Below, piece by piece: positions 63,901 through 64,000 of a DNA stretch of 64,000 nt. Position 1 is the stretch's first letter; each line of letters opens with the position of its first letter. Below the pieces are notes generated by a model, which worked only from the letters and a program-made list of their open reading frames with translations, did no database searches and was not told the DNA's origin. Where the stretch lies: positions 6,428,385 through 6,492,384 of the forward strand of contig NC_081398.1 in assembly GCF_030684315.1 (NCBI RefSeq), written 5' to 3'. Position numbers and translations under genes: made by a program. Source of the DNA: Stegostoma tigrinum. Lineage: Eukaryota.

Positions 63901-64000
63901 TCCTCAATGTCCACCCTCCCTTCCTTCAAAATCCTCGGAATACCTGATGCCTCAACTATCAAAACTGTTCCGTTCCCCTGTCCTCTCAGAATTGGGATGG
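48739..64000 (-). CDS. Partial V-set Ig receptor gene with ITIM-like tail (5' part beyond the window)
   Basis: V-exon end 64000-63944, TM exon 61911-61774, tail exons 56129-56037 and 48963-48739. One phase junction is unresolved. Confidence 0.7.
49115..49495 (+). mobile_element. L2/CR1-clade LINE fragment
   Basis: Homologous to the 2560-2990 and 17167 copies. Confidence 0.7.
49495..50160 (+). mobile_element. CR1 LINE 3' fragment
   Basis: VKKAFYMLAFIAQTFEYRSW...LEYCVQFWS. Confidence 0.85.
50528..50559 (-). ncRNA. Minimal hammerhead ribozyme motif
   Basis: CU-CUGAUGA-AGGG-UCUAGG-CCC-GAAA-C-GUC-AG. Confidence 0.7.
52764..52795 (+). ncRNA. Minimal hammerhead ribozyme motif
   Basis: CU-CUGAUGA-AGGG-UCCAGG-CCC-GAAA-C-GUC-AG. 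Confidence 0.7.
53464..53562 (-). mobile_element. Tiny Penelope-end insertion carrying an intact hammerhead motif (53523-53554)
   Basis: Matches 50469-50560; flanked by aataaaat on both sides. Confidence 0.8.
54100..54950 (+). mobile_element. CR1 3' fragment with a small fold-back Penelope end (~54658-54831)
   Basis: LRGDLIKVYRIMRAIDR; the insert has cacagcaggccaagcagcatcttaggagc and its reverse complement. Confidence 0.85.
55230..55870 (-). mobile_element. CR1 LINE 3' fragment
   Basis: LEYCVHFWSP...[16 protein letters not shown]. Confidence 0.85.
56037..56129 (-). CDS. Putative 93-nt cytoplasmic exon
   Basis: cctaac branch point...cttgcag|GAT...AAG|gtctgg. Phase 0 reads DRHQYHRKLEEEMSPVIWRQSMRKLLENLNK; phase 1 is also open. 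Confidence 0.5.
56303..56618 (+). mobile_element. V-SINE (HE1-like)
   Basis: tRNA-like head plus V core. Confidence 0.8.
56855..61257 (+). mobile_element. Near full-length CR1 LINE (5' UTR, ORF1 Zn-finger + SGNH esterase, ORF2 APE + RT), inactivated
   Basis: ORF1 MAGQVMCCSCMMWE..HIRSKC, VVVGDSIIRGID, CLPGARV; ORF2 YLNAQSIRNK, AITET, IIMGDFN, QHGFMKGK, YLDFQKAF, GVPQGSVLGP, FADD; (ttatgttc) tail; several stops and frameshifts. Confidence 0.95.
61774..61911 (-). CDS. Stalk + transmembrane exon
   Basis: ttctttctcctttccag|GA; KAPLEFYTDMEWMPTVAWLVSGILLCVLAAIIFIVKERKLTSVYI C|gtgag; uncharged TM followed by a basic stop-transfer. Confidence 0.8.
62262..62565 (-). mobile_element. CR1 3' tail inside a CT-rich tract (62150-62990)
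   Basis: Similar to 34143-34450. Confidence 0.8.
63340..63660. repeat. ~40-bp minisatellite (gcccatctgtggagtctagagcacagaaagaggcctttca)
   Basis: About eight units; continues into a minus-strand CR1 tail at 63660-63810. Confidence 0.85.
63944..64000 (-). CDS. 3' end of a V-set Ig exon (G strand)
   Basis: IPILRGQGNGTVLIVEAS G|gtattc; phase 1, in frame with the TM exon. Confidence 0.8.

Overview
Vertebrate genomic DNA, very repeat-rich. The repeat families (HE1/V-SINE-like and Deu-domain SINEs, abundant CR1 LINEs, Penelope-like elements) point to a cartilaginous fish, probably a shark (inference). The ORF track is mostly repeat noise; the real genes are spliced and were assembled by hand. (1) A complete four-coding-exon LECT2 gene on the minus strand (12340->3681, 150 aa) keeps the M23 zinc ligands but lacks one canonical disulfide pair. 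(2) A plus-strand leader/V-Ig/TM/cytoplasmic receptor gene (20234->~40310) is pseudogenised by a CR1 insertion, a stop, frameshifts and a lost splice donor. (3) A convergent minus-strand receptor of the same V(J)-type runs off the right edge: V-exon end with GNGTVL, a TM exon, and a tail with two ITIM-like motifs (64000->48739). The last intron of this gene holds a 2.4-kb fold-back Penelope insertion with a 15-bp target-site duplication and minimal hammerhead ribozymes. Also present: one near full-length CR1, many truncated CR1s, Rex1/Babar and L2-like fragments, a solo LTR, satellites, TE-derived minisatellites and three N gaps. Repeat boundaries are approximate; exon boundaries were read from splice dinucleotides and codon phase.
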